In this document: piece by piece, positions 20,328 through 29,425 of the stretch
How the letters are laid out: every line of letters starts with the position of its first letter
Numbering within the stretch: the stretch's first letter is position 1
IMG/VR virus record: IMGVR_UViG_3300027969_000043
Span: 32,001 to 96,000 of that record
Reading direction: 5' to 3' (one strand)
DNA length: 64,000 nucleotides
Source: a virus
The notes under the pieces: generated by a model
Told to the model about the DNA's origin: nothing
Seen by the model: the letters and a program-made list of their open reading frames with translations, nothing else
Database searches by the model: none
Made by a program: the position numbers and the translations under genes

Positions 20328-23300
20328 TTAAAAGTTCCATTCATCATCTTCTATTTCATCTCTTTCTGTTTTTAGGCTTTCCATCAGCACTTTAACATAA
20401 TCAACCTCAGCAGCTGGCTCGGTATCAGGTGTAAAACTTTTCGTTTCGATTTCAAAATGAATCCTTTCAAGTTCTGGAATAAATTCATCTGTAACATCTA
20501 ATTCTTCGGTATCGTCTTCTTCGTCTTCTTCGTCACCATCATCATCCTCTTCAGTTTCTTTCTTTTGTTTAACGGGTTTTAATTTTAACTGTGTTTCAAT
20601 CGGTGCTATATTTTCTTTTAATGAAAGGATATCTTCACTAGACAATTGTTCGCCACCCAAACCTATTTCTATCGATTGCTCCGATTTGTATTCCAACCAT
20701 AATTCGTATCTATTATCAGAATGTTTGTTGGTGTTTTTATACCAATAACTTCTTTCAATCGCCTCATTCTCATATTTAAACATTTCATTAACATGGTATA
20801 ATTGAGCACCCCATTTTCTAGAAATAAAATATCCACCCTCATTAACCGTTGCGATGATTAATATCTCTTTTGGTAGAATTAACTTTTCGGAAACATCATC
20901 TAATTCATTAATTTCCATTTGTTTAAAGATACTATCTAATCTATCTAATTCAAACTTAATACCATTTTCTCTTTCAATAATCATTCTTTGACGATAGTCA
21001 TCTCTAGTTGCGTACCAATCATTTTCATCCATATTATTTGGTACTTTATTAACAGAATCCCAGAATCTTATTTCTTTATCTTCCATTGTCATAAGTTCTT
21101 CGTAGGTATCTTGGTCTGTTGGTTTATTTGGCATACCTGATACAAGCGTACATTGCTCTTCCGTGAATATATTTTTATCTGTTAACTTTTCAAGTTTAGT
21201 TTTCTTATCCTTTTTAATTGTCAATAATATCCTATCTCTAATATCAGAATGAAAACAAACTAATAGTGGTTTAACTTTTTTATTAAATGATTCCAAATAT
21301 TTTGCAACATTATAATCATCAGTTAACAATCCAGATTCAATCTGTTCAATTTGTGAATTGATTTCGTTTATTTTATCTTCATCAGCAACACCTACCAATA
21401 ACTTTTTAAGTGTTTCAATCTCTTTAATCATTTCTAGGTTTGAATCAACAACTAATGTGTCAATTAATTGACAATTGATTTGTATTTCCGTTTCAAACTT
21501 AGGGTAATGACCATTAGCATTAAAATACGTTTCCAATTCTTTTTTTGTCATCTTAGACTTATTCAAAGTCTTTATATCACCCTGCGTTTTACCCTTACCT
21601 GTATTAACATAATAAATTGTATCACCAAGATTAACATTTAAATCATGTTTAAGTGCCAATTCCATGTGCGCCTGTTTAGGCATTGGATTGCCAGCTTTAT
21701 TTTTCTTATTCGCTTTAGCCTTATATTCAGAAATAGAACATTTAACTTTTGATTTAGATGCAATTTTAACTAGCGGTATGTTGAAGTTATAAATCTTATC
21801 TACATAGTCATGATAATGGGTGATGAATTCCTTACCCTTACCATCAAGCAATAACCTAATCGCCTTATCTAAAAAATCTTCGATATATACAGGCATCTTT
21901 TTAGACTTGATAGAGTTACCAACAAACTTAATTTTACCACCTATATCATTTGCGTAGTTCTTTCTAGAAAAGTTAATCGTTGAATTACAAATATCATCAA
22001 TATCTAAACCCATCCTACCAATCATATAATTTTCATTAAACTCGGCCAACACTGCCTCTAACCCAACTAATTCAACACCAGCATTTTTTTCTGTTTTCCA
22101 ATGTGAGCCCCTAGCTAAATATTTAATATCATTAATATTATCAGGGAACGAAAAGTTGAAACCATCCGTATCACCAACAAGCGCTTTAAAACCATATTTC
22201 TCACTAAAATGCCTAACCATCAATCTAAGATACTGACGACCACGACAAGTAGTTTCTTCTGCACAGTTTGTATCACCCCAGTTAAAAATATACGGGGCAC
22301 CATAAGCACCGAACCAAGAGTTAGCTAATATCTTTAACGGCAATTGTTTTTTGTCATAAAGACCAGCCAAAGCTTTGTGTTTTTTGATTTCTTTTGTATG
22401 GTTTTCCAAACCATCACCGAGAGTGTTTTCAATAAGTTTTCGAAGCCCTTTAACAATATCTTTTTCTTCTGACGTAAGAAATTTAAACTTATCACGGGTA
22501 TCAACAATGTATGTTAACAACCCTTCCATAACACCACTAATATCTAAATCTGGAAAAATACCCCATGTTATCTCTGTTTTAGGATAAAGAGCAGCATAAT
22601 CAAGTTTAACAACATTCCTAGCATAACCCACTTCAAGCAACCTAGAAAGACCACCAGTAAATTCTCTTTTTGGTTCAGTCTCTGGAATTGCCAATTCATT
22701 TTCATATGACCAAGCGGCCATGATTAATTTCCACTGACTAGCGGTACCCATAGTAGAACTTCTACTATATGTTGTTGGTAACAGTTTAGAAATCAAAAAT
22801 GCGGCCTGATTAAATATATTATCAATCTGCTCCGTTTCCCAAAGGTCATCTAATAGATATCTCTTAACAATATAATCACCACCAACCTCTTCATACCCTT
22901 CTTTTAACGGCATTCTATCTGATATCTTGTAATAATCTCCGTTGGTATCGTTTAATGCGTATTTGCTTTCTTTGTCAGACCATGTTGAATGTATTTTATC
23001 ACCAGCGACGTATACCCGATTTGGTTTTGCAACATCAGAATATTTTGTGATGTACTTTAACCCCCAACTTTTAATATCTGAATTAATAGCCTGTGCTCTA
23101 CGAACAGAGTGAGCAATATCGATGATATTATAACCCCACATGTACGTTTGTTCAAAAGTCTCTTGCTCATTACCTAGCTTAAGCATTGCAGGTTTTCTTT
23201 TCAGTGGGGTTTCCCCGTCCAGCGTTATCGCAATATCATTTGCCGATATATACAATCTTTTGCAGGTATCAATAATAAATTTCCAGTCAAAAGACTCTGA

Positions 23301-24020
23301 GTTATAACCACTAATGATGTCGGGTTTAAGATGATTAATAACTTTAAAAAAAGTTTTTAAATTTTTTCTTTCTGAATCTCTTCTTTCTTTATGTGTATCA
23401 CCAGTTGTTTCTAACACGTATTCAAAACCCCTATTGTCTTTCATTCCTATTTGGAATATTGCATTTTTAGAACCCAACAACCCCTCTGTCTCCAAGTCAA
23501 ATTGAAAACGATGTAGGTCATTATAATCTTCCATACCCTTAAACAACCTAATACCTGATTGAATCATAAATTGTTCAACAGGTGAGAACATGAAAAATAG
23601 TTTTGAATATTTTTTATCAAAAACATCAATACCACCCTCCTTAAAAAATTGTATTAAATTATTATAAGACCCCTTACATTGAGCAATGTATTTATATCCG
23701 TTTTCTAATCTTTGGGGTACATCACCATTATCGTGGTGTGTTCTAAGGGCTTTTATCTTGATATTGTGCTTTTCTCTAGCCGCGATAATTTTACTTCTCT
23801 TGCCCTCATACATTATTTCCGTAACATCATGTTTAAACCATAAAAACGGTTGGAACTTATGTTTCTCTATTTTTTTACCCTCATCAGGGTCGTTTATAAT
23901 AAGGTGTACAAATGGCTGATTGTAACTAGCTTCGATACTTACAACGTATTTTTTAGGGTTACTACCATGTAAAAAATTCTCAATAACTTCAGGGTCTACC
24001 TTCTTTTTATTATCACTCAT
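20328..24020 (-). CDS. polB: Family B DNA polymerase with 3'-5' exonuclease, 1230 aa
   Basis: ExoI FDLETEG, ExoII GYNSESFDW, ExoIII YLLDD. Polymerase motif A KLDYAALYP, motif B KILANSWFG, motif C GDTDG. Confidence 0.93.
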   Translation of the reverse strand: MSDNKKKVDPEVIENFLHGSNPKKYVVSIEASYNQPFVHLIINDPDEGKKIEKHKFQPFLWFKHDVTEIMYEGKRSKIIAAREKHNIKIKALRTHHDNGDVPQRLENGYKYIAQCKGSYNNLIQFFKEGGIDVFDKKYSKLFFMFSPVEQFMIQSGIRLFKGMEDYNDLHRFQFDLETEGLLGSKNAIFQIGMKDNRGFEYVLETTGDTHKERRDSERKNLKTFFKVINHLKPDIISGYNSESFDWKFIIDTCKRLYISANDIAITLDGETPLKRKPAMLKLGNEQETFEQTYMWGYNIIDIAHSVRRAQAINSDIKSWGLKYITKYSDVAKPNRVYVAGDKIHSTWSDKESKYALNDTNGDYYKISDRMPLKEGYEEVGGDYIVKRYLLDDLWETEQIDNIFNQAAFLISKLLPTTYSRSSTMGTASQWKLIMAAWSYENELAIPETEPKREFTGGLSRLLEVGYARNVVKLDYAALYPKTEITWGIFPDLDISGVMEGLLTYIVDTRDKFKFLTSEEKDIVKGLRKLIENTLGDGLENHTKEIKKHKALAGLYDKKQLPLKILANSWFGAYGAPYIFNWGDTNCAEETTCRGRQYLRLMVRHFSEKYGFKALVGDTDGFNFSFPDNINDIKYLARGSHWKTEKNAGVELVGLEAVLAEFNENYMIGRMGLDIDDICNSTINFSRKNYANDIGGKIKFVGNSIKSKKMPVYIEDFLDKAIRLLLDGKGKEFITHYHDYVDKIYNFNIPLVKIASKSKVKCSISEYKAKANKKNKAGNPMPKQAHMELALKHDLNVNLGDTIYYVNTGKGKTQGDIKTLNKSKMTKKELETYFNANGHYPKFETEIQINCQLIDTLVVDSNLEMIKEIETLKKLLVGVADEDKINEINSQIEQIESGLLTDDYNVAKYLESFNKKVKPLLVCFHSDIRDRILLTIKKDKKTKLEKLTDKNIFTEEQCTLVSGMPNKPTDQDTYEELMTMEDKEIRFWDSVNKVPNNMDENDWYATRDDYRQRMIIERENGIKFELDRLDSIFKQMEINELDDVSEKLILPKEILIIATVNEGGYFISRKWGAQLYHVNEMFKYENEAIERSYWYKNTNKHSDNRYELWLEYKSEQSIEIGLGGEQLSSEDILSLKENIAPIETQLKLKPVKQKKETEEDDDGDEEDEEDDTEELDVTDEFIPELERIHFEIETKSFTPDTEPAAEVDYVKVLMESLKTERDEIEDDEWNF

Positions 24021-24035
24021 TATAAAATATTTTTA

Positions 24036-24067
24036 CAAATATACAAAGGATATTACACCAAAACAAA
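24036..24067 (-). promoter_or_regulatory. Bacteroidota-type housekeeping promoter for polB (-33 TTTG, N20, -7 TATATTTG)
   Basis: The minus strand reads tttg-ttttggtgtaatatcctttg-tatatttg, an exact match to TTTG-N19-21-TAnnTTTG. Confidence 0.75.
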
Positions 24068-24077
24068 TTATTTGGGA

Positions 24078-24109
24078 TAAAAAAATTTGAGCCCTTATGT
24101 AGGGCTCAA
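24078..24109 (-). terminator. Intrinsic terminator after the ArdC-like gene
   Basis: 9-bp stem ttgagccct-acata-agggctcaa followed by a U tract on the minus strand. Confidence 0.8.
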
Positions 24110-24141
24110 CAAATATACGAAATATTTTTTAAAGATACAAA
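24110..24141 (-). promoter_or_regulatory. Second Bacteroidota-type promoter upstream of polB, abutting the terminator
   Basis: The minus strand reads tttg-tatctttaaaaaatatttcg-tatatttg (20-nt spacer). Confidence 0.65.
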
Positions 24142-25370
24142 TCAAATCCCTCGTCAACATCATTTTTTTCGGATGAATTTTGTGCGGCAACTTTATCAAT
24201 TTCATCGATGATAAATTTAGCAACATCAGAAATAACTTTTATGTTTGCTAAAATTTTTTCTTTATTAGCTTTCCATAACGCTAGGTATGTTGTTTGATGA
24301 GTAACTGGCAATCCATAATGTTTCATTACAATATATGCAACACTTTCTGCTTGTAATTCTTTAATTGCACTATCATATTTAACCTCATCACCTTGATAGT
24401 ATATTGATGATTTTTTCCAATGCATTAATTCGTGTGCTAATTCATGTATAAGTGTTGACACTTCACCAGCACCCTCAACTTCAGATGACATATTAATATG
24501 ATTACCAGCGGAATAACCTTTCTCACCAGCTTTTGCATCACCCTTAGTTAATTTAACCCCCATAACATCAAGAATTTCTGATAAGTATTTATATAATTCT
24601 TTTGTTCTTTCGGTTGGTTCACTATCTTGAAACCATTTTGGTGTTTCAGGAACATCACCTCTTTCGTCAATTGCCTCTGTATCAGAAATATCAAATACGT
24701 ATACAGGCATAAACCTAACTGGCATACCCTTTTTAACTTCGTTATCTAATTGTGTATCATTAACTTGGGTATCATCTTTTGCTGTTTTTGACATAACAGG
24801 TGCAAATATCATAATTCCTTTTGCACCTTTTTTAACCCTTCTAAATTTCTTTTCCCATTGTCTAAAACCAGCAACTTTTTTTGCGTCTGGTTTTTGAATC
24901 CATATAAGTAATGTGTTATAAAAACTATGACCTCTAAACCCAGCAAAAAATGTAAGATATCTTTTAATCTCAGCGGTCATTGCTTTTTCATCGGTGGCAT
25001 TTGCTAAATCTTGAACATACATGTTGATTTTATCCATAAGATTTCCCTTACCTTTAAAATCTTCTGAATTAGAAACAAATTCTTCTAAGTTTTCAAGTTT
25101 ATCAATAAATTCACCTGACTTATTAATATCAGACAAAACTTTTTTAGCGTTTTCAAAATTATCCATATCTGTCACCCAAACTGGTGCGGGATAATTAGCA
25201 CTTGGGCCCCATTTAAAACCAGAAGCTTTAAGTGTTTCTTTATTTCTAAATGTTTCTTGTGATGCTTTTTTTGCGTCAACCTCATTTGATTGAACAACCA
25301 GCATATTTTTATCTTTATCAGCCTTAAGTATCAATGCTTCATCAAGCATTTTTTTTATTAAATCTATCAT
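24129..25370 (-). CDS. ArdC-like protein: N-terminal ssDNA-binding domain plus zincin-like metallopeptidase domain
   Basis: ArdC-N: SFYNTLLIWIQKPDAKKVAGFRQWEKKFRRVKKGAKGIMIFAP...VFDISDT. Metallopeptidase: TLIHELAHELMH...ELQAESVAY (HExxH plus downstream E). Confidence 0.85.
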   Translation of the reverse strand: MIDLIKKMLDEALILKADKDKNMLVVQSNEVDAKKASQETFRNKETLKASGFKWGPSANYPAPVWVTDMDNFENAKKVLSDINKSGEFIDKLENLEEFVSNSEDFKGKGNLMDKINMYVQDLANATDEKAMTAEIKRYLTFFAGFRGHSFYNTLLIWIQKPDAKKVAGFRQWEKKFRRVKKGAKGIMIFAPVMSKTAKDDTQVNDTQLDNEVKKGMPVRFMPVYVFDISDTEAIDERGDVPETPKWFQDSEPTERTKELYKYLSEILDVMGVKLTKGDAKAGEKGYSAGNHINMSSEVEGAGEVSTLIHELAHELMHWKKSSIYYQGDEVKYDSAIKELQAESVAYIVMKHYGLPVTHQTTYLALWKANKEKILANIKVISDVAKFIIDEIDKVAAQNSSEKNDVDEGFDLYL

Positions 25371-25387
25371 TTTTTATTTCTTTAATA

Positions 25388-25395
25388 ATAAATAT
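25388..25395 (-). promoter_or_regulatory. Putative late-promoter motif ATATTTAT upstream of the ArdC-like gene
   Basis: Recurrent oriented motif. Confidence 0.5.
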
Positions 25396-25399
25396 ATTA

Positions 25400-28036
25400 T
25401 TATGGGCAAACAACAACGCTGCTACCCTTAATTGTAACATTAATTGATGAAACCAATCCTTTTGAATCTTTAATAGTACATACATACGTTCCAGCTTTTA
25501 ACCCTGTATAGCTTGTTGTTGTTGTAAATGCTGAAGTACCAACTTTATACGTATAAGGCGCTGTTCCACCAGAACCACTTAAAGTTATTGTCCCATCATT
25601 TCTAGTTTTACATGTTGTGTTTGTTGATGATACCAATACAACATTTGGTGTTGCTGAATATTTGTATAATCCAATATCCATCGTACTAGTTAAAGGTGCA
25701 CCAGCAAAATCTTTATTAATTCCACTAATCAATGAACCATTACCAATACCATAACTCCCAGGCACCAAAGTAAAATCCCAATTTTCAGGATTTGGTGACG
25801 TTGTATTTTTAAATATTTGTTGTGAACCAGTATAAAGCACTTCTCCTGAATTTAAACTTGCGCCATCTCCGAGTCTAGAAACATTATTAAAACTTGTTCC
25901 TTGTCCTGTAGGGAATGTATGTGAAAACCCACCATTCACATAATAGATATTGTTTTTTCTTTTTATTCTTGTTCCATTAGAATTTGTGACTCTACTATCA
26001 GGATAAATTAATTGTAGTCCAGTCGTACCCCAAATAATATTATTTCTCATGTCGATAAGTGTATCGTAATCATTACCATAACATGCTGGACCTGAAAAGA
26101 ACGCAAACAATCTATCATTATCTGCATTGTTATCAAAACCACCATAGTAACCACTTGACGATGGATTGTTTGGTTGACTCCACCTAATACCCTTGGTAGA
26201 TAATGGCGGGAAAGCCAAAAATTCTACATCAACTCCTGTTCTTTGCGGCGCTTTGTCTAGTGTTATTGAATTTACACCTAAAGATGTTACTGTTGCATAA
26301 TCTCTATCCCCACCAGCAAAATATGGTGGGACCGCTTTTTCAGGTCCGTACACTGTTGACCCCACTTGAATACCATCCATTCTTGATAAGGATGTTATTT
26401 GGTTTGAACCTGATGTAAAGGTACCTGTCGGGTCAATATTTCCAGTTGTTAAAAAATTCGCACCCCAAAACCACCATTTAAAATCTTGGCCATCACCATA
26501 CACATCACCACCAAATCCATTACCTGAAAATCTACTTTTGTCGTTTTCTACAACTATATTATTCCAAATTCTTATATTATATTGCGCTGCGGCAAAAACA
26601 TCACCACAAGGTAAATGTAAACTAATAACATCCAACGAATTTATTATTAAGTTAAATGCAATTGTATCGTTATTCATACCTGAAGTAATATCATCATTGT
26701 CTATGCTTCCTGCTTCAATAAAACTACTACAGTCGATTACTTTATTATATACTATTTTTGAATTTTGTAAATTAAACACGTCTAAAGTTATACCACCCAT
26801 TCCTTGTGTTGATGAATTTCTACCTGATTTGGCCCAAGCACCTTTAAAATAATTATAACTAATTTCCAGATTTTTACCATTTAAAGCTTCTATTGCGCCA
26901 GCTAATACATCATTAATCCCAAACGTATCAACCGTACTTTTAAAGTTGGTGAATACATTTTTAGTAATCTTACTATTAAAAGCACTTACTGAACCAATAC
27001 CGAATGACATATTACTAAAATAACAGTTTTGAACTGTAAAATTAAATACACTACCTTTTCTATCACCATAATCTCTGTTAGTGCCCCAAATTGTATCGGT
27101 ACCATTAACTTTAGTGTCTTGGTATTCACCCATTAACATTCCACCGTAACTATACGCAGGATTTTGTTTATCGGCAACAGGAAAACGGGTATCATTAAAT
27201 TGTAACCCATCTATTATTATATTGCTAACACCACCAAATTGTGCAACCCAGTGAGTGGGACCATCTTTATATGGGGATTCAGCCGTTGGAAAAACAAAAT
27301 TAGGTAATGGCAAAGACTTGTCACCATAACTTGAAAACACAATCGGTTTTTCAGGTGTTCCACTAGGTGCGGTAAAATCGTCATACGGCCTATCAATATA
27401 TGAAAAACTCACAAAATTAAAATAACCAAGGGTACCATCATATCCGTTTGCAAACATGTCACCTCTTTTAAACAGTATTGAATCACCAGGCAAGAAAGTA
27501 ACATTTGGACTTGATGTCATATTTTGAAGAGCAATCAACGTTTTTTTAGGTGTACTTGGTGATAAACCATCATTATCATCGTTACCTGAAGTACTAAAAT
27601 AGTATTTTTTATTTGGGCCAGCAGCAAGTGTTGTAAATGTAAGTTCATTACCATACGAAGTATCAACAGCATTTATAGCAAACGCTCTGATATAATAAGT
27701 TGTTGATGGTAATAATGGCATAATTCCACCACCACCATCTGGATAATTCGGTGGTATAACGGCAACAAAATGATTAACATAAGGACCAGTACCTGTAGAA
27801 GGATAACCTAGTCTATAGTATTTAACATAAGGGCTTAATTTTGGATTTGGAGAAGTACTCCAAACAACACCTCTTTTTGTTACTGGAGAACCCCCATCAC
27901 TTGTTACATTACCACCACTTTCTGCTCTAAGTGCCTCAATACGACTTATCGCATTAGTTGTAACCGTTGGCGCTGTTTGACTAAAACCAAAAATCGTTAA
28001 TAAACTTAACGTTAATACTAGTAATACTTTTTTCAT
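25400..28036 (-). CDS. Secreted protein: signal peptide, FN3-like domain, pectin-lyase-like beta-helix, SprB repeat
   Basis: Signal peptide MKKVLLVLTLSLLTIFGFS|Q. FN3-like SGGNVTSDGGSPVTKRGVVWSTSPNP...TTYYIRAFAINAVDTSYGNELTFTT. Beta-helix start YYFSTSGNDDNDGLSPSTPKKTL...PGDSILFKRGD. SprB-like TCKTRNDGTITLSGSGGTAPYTY...GLKAGTYVCTIKDSKG. Confidence 0.8.
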   Translation of the reverse strand: MKKVLLVLTLSLLTIFGFSQTAPTVTTNAISRIEALRAESGGNVTSDGGSPVTKRGVVWSTSPNPKLSPYVKYYRLGYPSTGTGPYVNHFVAVIPPNYPDGGGGIMPLLPSTTYYIRAFAINAVDTSYGNELTFTTLAAGPNKKYYFSTSGNDDNDGLSPSTPKKTLIALQNMTSSPNVTFLPGDSILFKRGDMFANGYDGTLGYFNFVSFSYIDRPYDDFTAPSGTPEKPIVFSSYGDKSLPLPNFVFPTAESPYKDGPTHWVAQFGGVSNIIIDGLQFNDTRFPVADKQNPAYSYGGMLMGEYQDTKVNGTDTIWGTNRDYGDRKGSVFNFTVQNCYFSNMSFGIGSVSAFNSKITKNVFTNFKSTVDTFGINDVLAGAIEALNGKNLEISYNYFKGAWAKSGRNSSTQGMGGITLDVFNLQNSKIVYNKVIDCSSFIEAGSIDNDDITSGMNNDTIAFNLIINSLDVISLHLPCGDVFAAAQYNIRIWNNIVVENDKSRFSGNGFGGDVYGDGQDFKWWFWGANFLTTGNIDPTGTFTSGSNQITSLSRMDGIQVGSTVYGPEKAVPPYFAGGDRDYATVTSLGVNSITLDKAPQRTGVDVEFLAFPPLSTKGIRWSQPNNPSSSGYYGGFDNNADNDRLFAFFSGPACYGNDYDTLIDMRNNIIWGTTGLQLIYPDSRVTNSNGTRIKRKNNIYYVNGGFSHTFPTGQGTSFNNVSRLGDGASLNSGEVLYTGSQQIFKNTTSPNPENWDFTLVPGSYGIGNGSLISGINKDFAGAPLTSTMDIGLYKYSATPNVVLVSSTNTTCKTRNDGTITLSGSGGTAPYTYKVGTSAFTTTTSYTGLKAGTYVCTIKDSKGLVSSINVTIKGSSVVVCP

Positions 28037-28061
28037 TTTTTTTATTTTTTTAATTTTTTAT

Positions 28062-29036
28062 TTAACAATTAGTTACATCTATAGTCCATCCACTTGAAAC
28101 CAGACTTGTATATGCGCTATATCCTAATGTATTGGCAGATAAACAACCATTACCAGTTTGATTAAATAATGTTATTGTATTTGGATTTTGCCAATACGTA
28201 GTTGCACTCAATTTAATTAATGTGTTAGTTATACCACTATTAGGCAACGAATTATCGTTCAAATATATATACGAAATAAAATTAGGGAATGGATTACCTA
28301 ACGACCATGGATTAAATGTTGATATTGAATTATAACTTAAATCTAACACCTGCAATCTGCTAGGTAATGGTTGATACGGTGTAAAATTAGTTATTGAATT
28401 ATAGCTTAAATTTAATGTTTGAATACTTGGTATTGGTAATGATGGGTCATAATTTGTGATTAAATTATTATTCAAATAAAGATTTGAAATACCCAAAGGA
28501 AAAGGAACTGTTGGGGTGAACCCTGTCAATAAATTATTATTTAAATATAAATCAGTCAGCCCTTGTGGTAAACTAGTCGGTGTAAATGCTGTTACACTAT
28601 TATACGATAAATCCAACGTTTGAACCGAACTAGGTAATGTTGAAATTCTACTATCAAAGTTATTGATTAAGTTACCACTTAAATTTAAATACGTTAAACC
28701 ACTTAAATTCTCTAAACCTATTATATCCCTTAATCTATTATTACCATACCCTGAAGATATGTCCAAATTGTTAATTAATATTGGGTTGTTAATAGCTGTT
28801 GATGCGGTATAGTTACCGTTAATTGAATATGTGTGTGATGGTGTATAGTTATCAGAACTTAAATATGTATTTTGAGAGCCATCACCCCAATTTACTGTCA
28901 TTGTGAAATTAGAGGAGCCCTGAACAAAAAAGTTTAACGAATTACCTGTTGAATTAAAAACAAATTTTAATTGTCCTTCCGTAGATGCAGATGTTTTATA
29001 TGATGAGGCTGTTAAACCAATATAAAATAATTTCAT
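28062..29036 (-). CDS. PKD-like domain plus leucine-rich repeat protein
   Basis: PKD-like TVNWGDGS...SHTY; repeated LxxLDLSYNxIT / LxxLYLNNNLLT. Confidence 0.85.
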   Translation of the reverse strand: MKLFYIGLTASSYKTSASTEGQLKFVFNSTGNSLNFFVQGSSNFTMTVNWGDGSQNTYLSSDNYTPSHTYSINGNYTASTAINNPILINNLDISSGYGNNRLRDIIGLENLSGLTYLNLSGNLINNFDSRISTLPSSVQTLDLSYNSVTAFTPTSLPQGLTDLYLNNNLLTGFTPTVPFPLGISNLYLNNNLITNYDPSLPIPSIQTLNLSYNSITNFTPYQPLPSRLQVLDLSYNSISTFNPWSLGNPFPNFISYIYLNDNSLPNSGITNTLIKLSATTYWQNPNTITLFNQTGNGCLSANTLGYSAYTSLVSSGWTIDVTNC

Positions 29037-29039
29037 ATT

Positions 29040-29411
29040 TTATTTTTTTATGCTCCCTTCTAAGACATTTATAAATAATTCTTCTCTAATTGGAACAACC
29101 AACGTTCCACTACCATCTAAAAATTCTATCGTAAAAGTACCAACATATCTTCCAGCCTTTTCAGTATCCCTTTCAGAAAATTGATAAACTAGATAATATT
29201 CCTCACCAACACAATCAACAGGTATTACAAGTTGGGTACCAGCAATTTTTCTACCGATTCTTTTAACGCCTGTTGTTACATCAGACATACTAAAATATAT
29301 TGTTGCATTTTGAATTTGTTCAAAAAATCTTCTGAAATCATTTCTACCATCTTGAATTAGCTCAAGCTTTAGGATAGGTAATGTTGCGCCTTTATTTATA
29401 AAAAATTCCAT
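29040..29411 (-). CDS. Small baseplate/fibre-attachment protein (BppU N-terminal-like)
   Basis: Pattern FFINKGATLPILKLEL...YQFSERDTEKAGRYVGTFTIEF...LVVP. Confidence 0.55.
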   Translation of the reverse strand: MEFFINKGATLPILKLELIQDGRNDFRRFFEQIQNATIYFSMSDVTTGVKRIGRKIAGTQLVIPVDCVGEEYYLVYQFSERDTEKAGRYVGTFTIEFLDGSGTLVVPIREELFINVLEGSIKK

Positions 29412-29425
29412 ATATTATTTTAATA

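Noticed and set aside
20328-24020. Intein or intron to explain the large PolB
   Set aside because: No C/S...HN splice junctions or LAGLIDADG motifs were seen. The extra length is N- and C-terminal extension.
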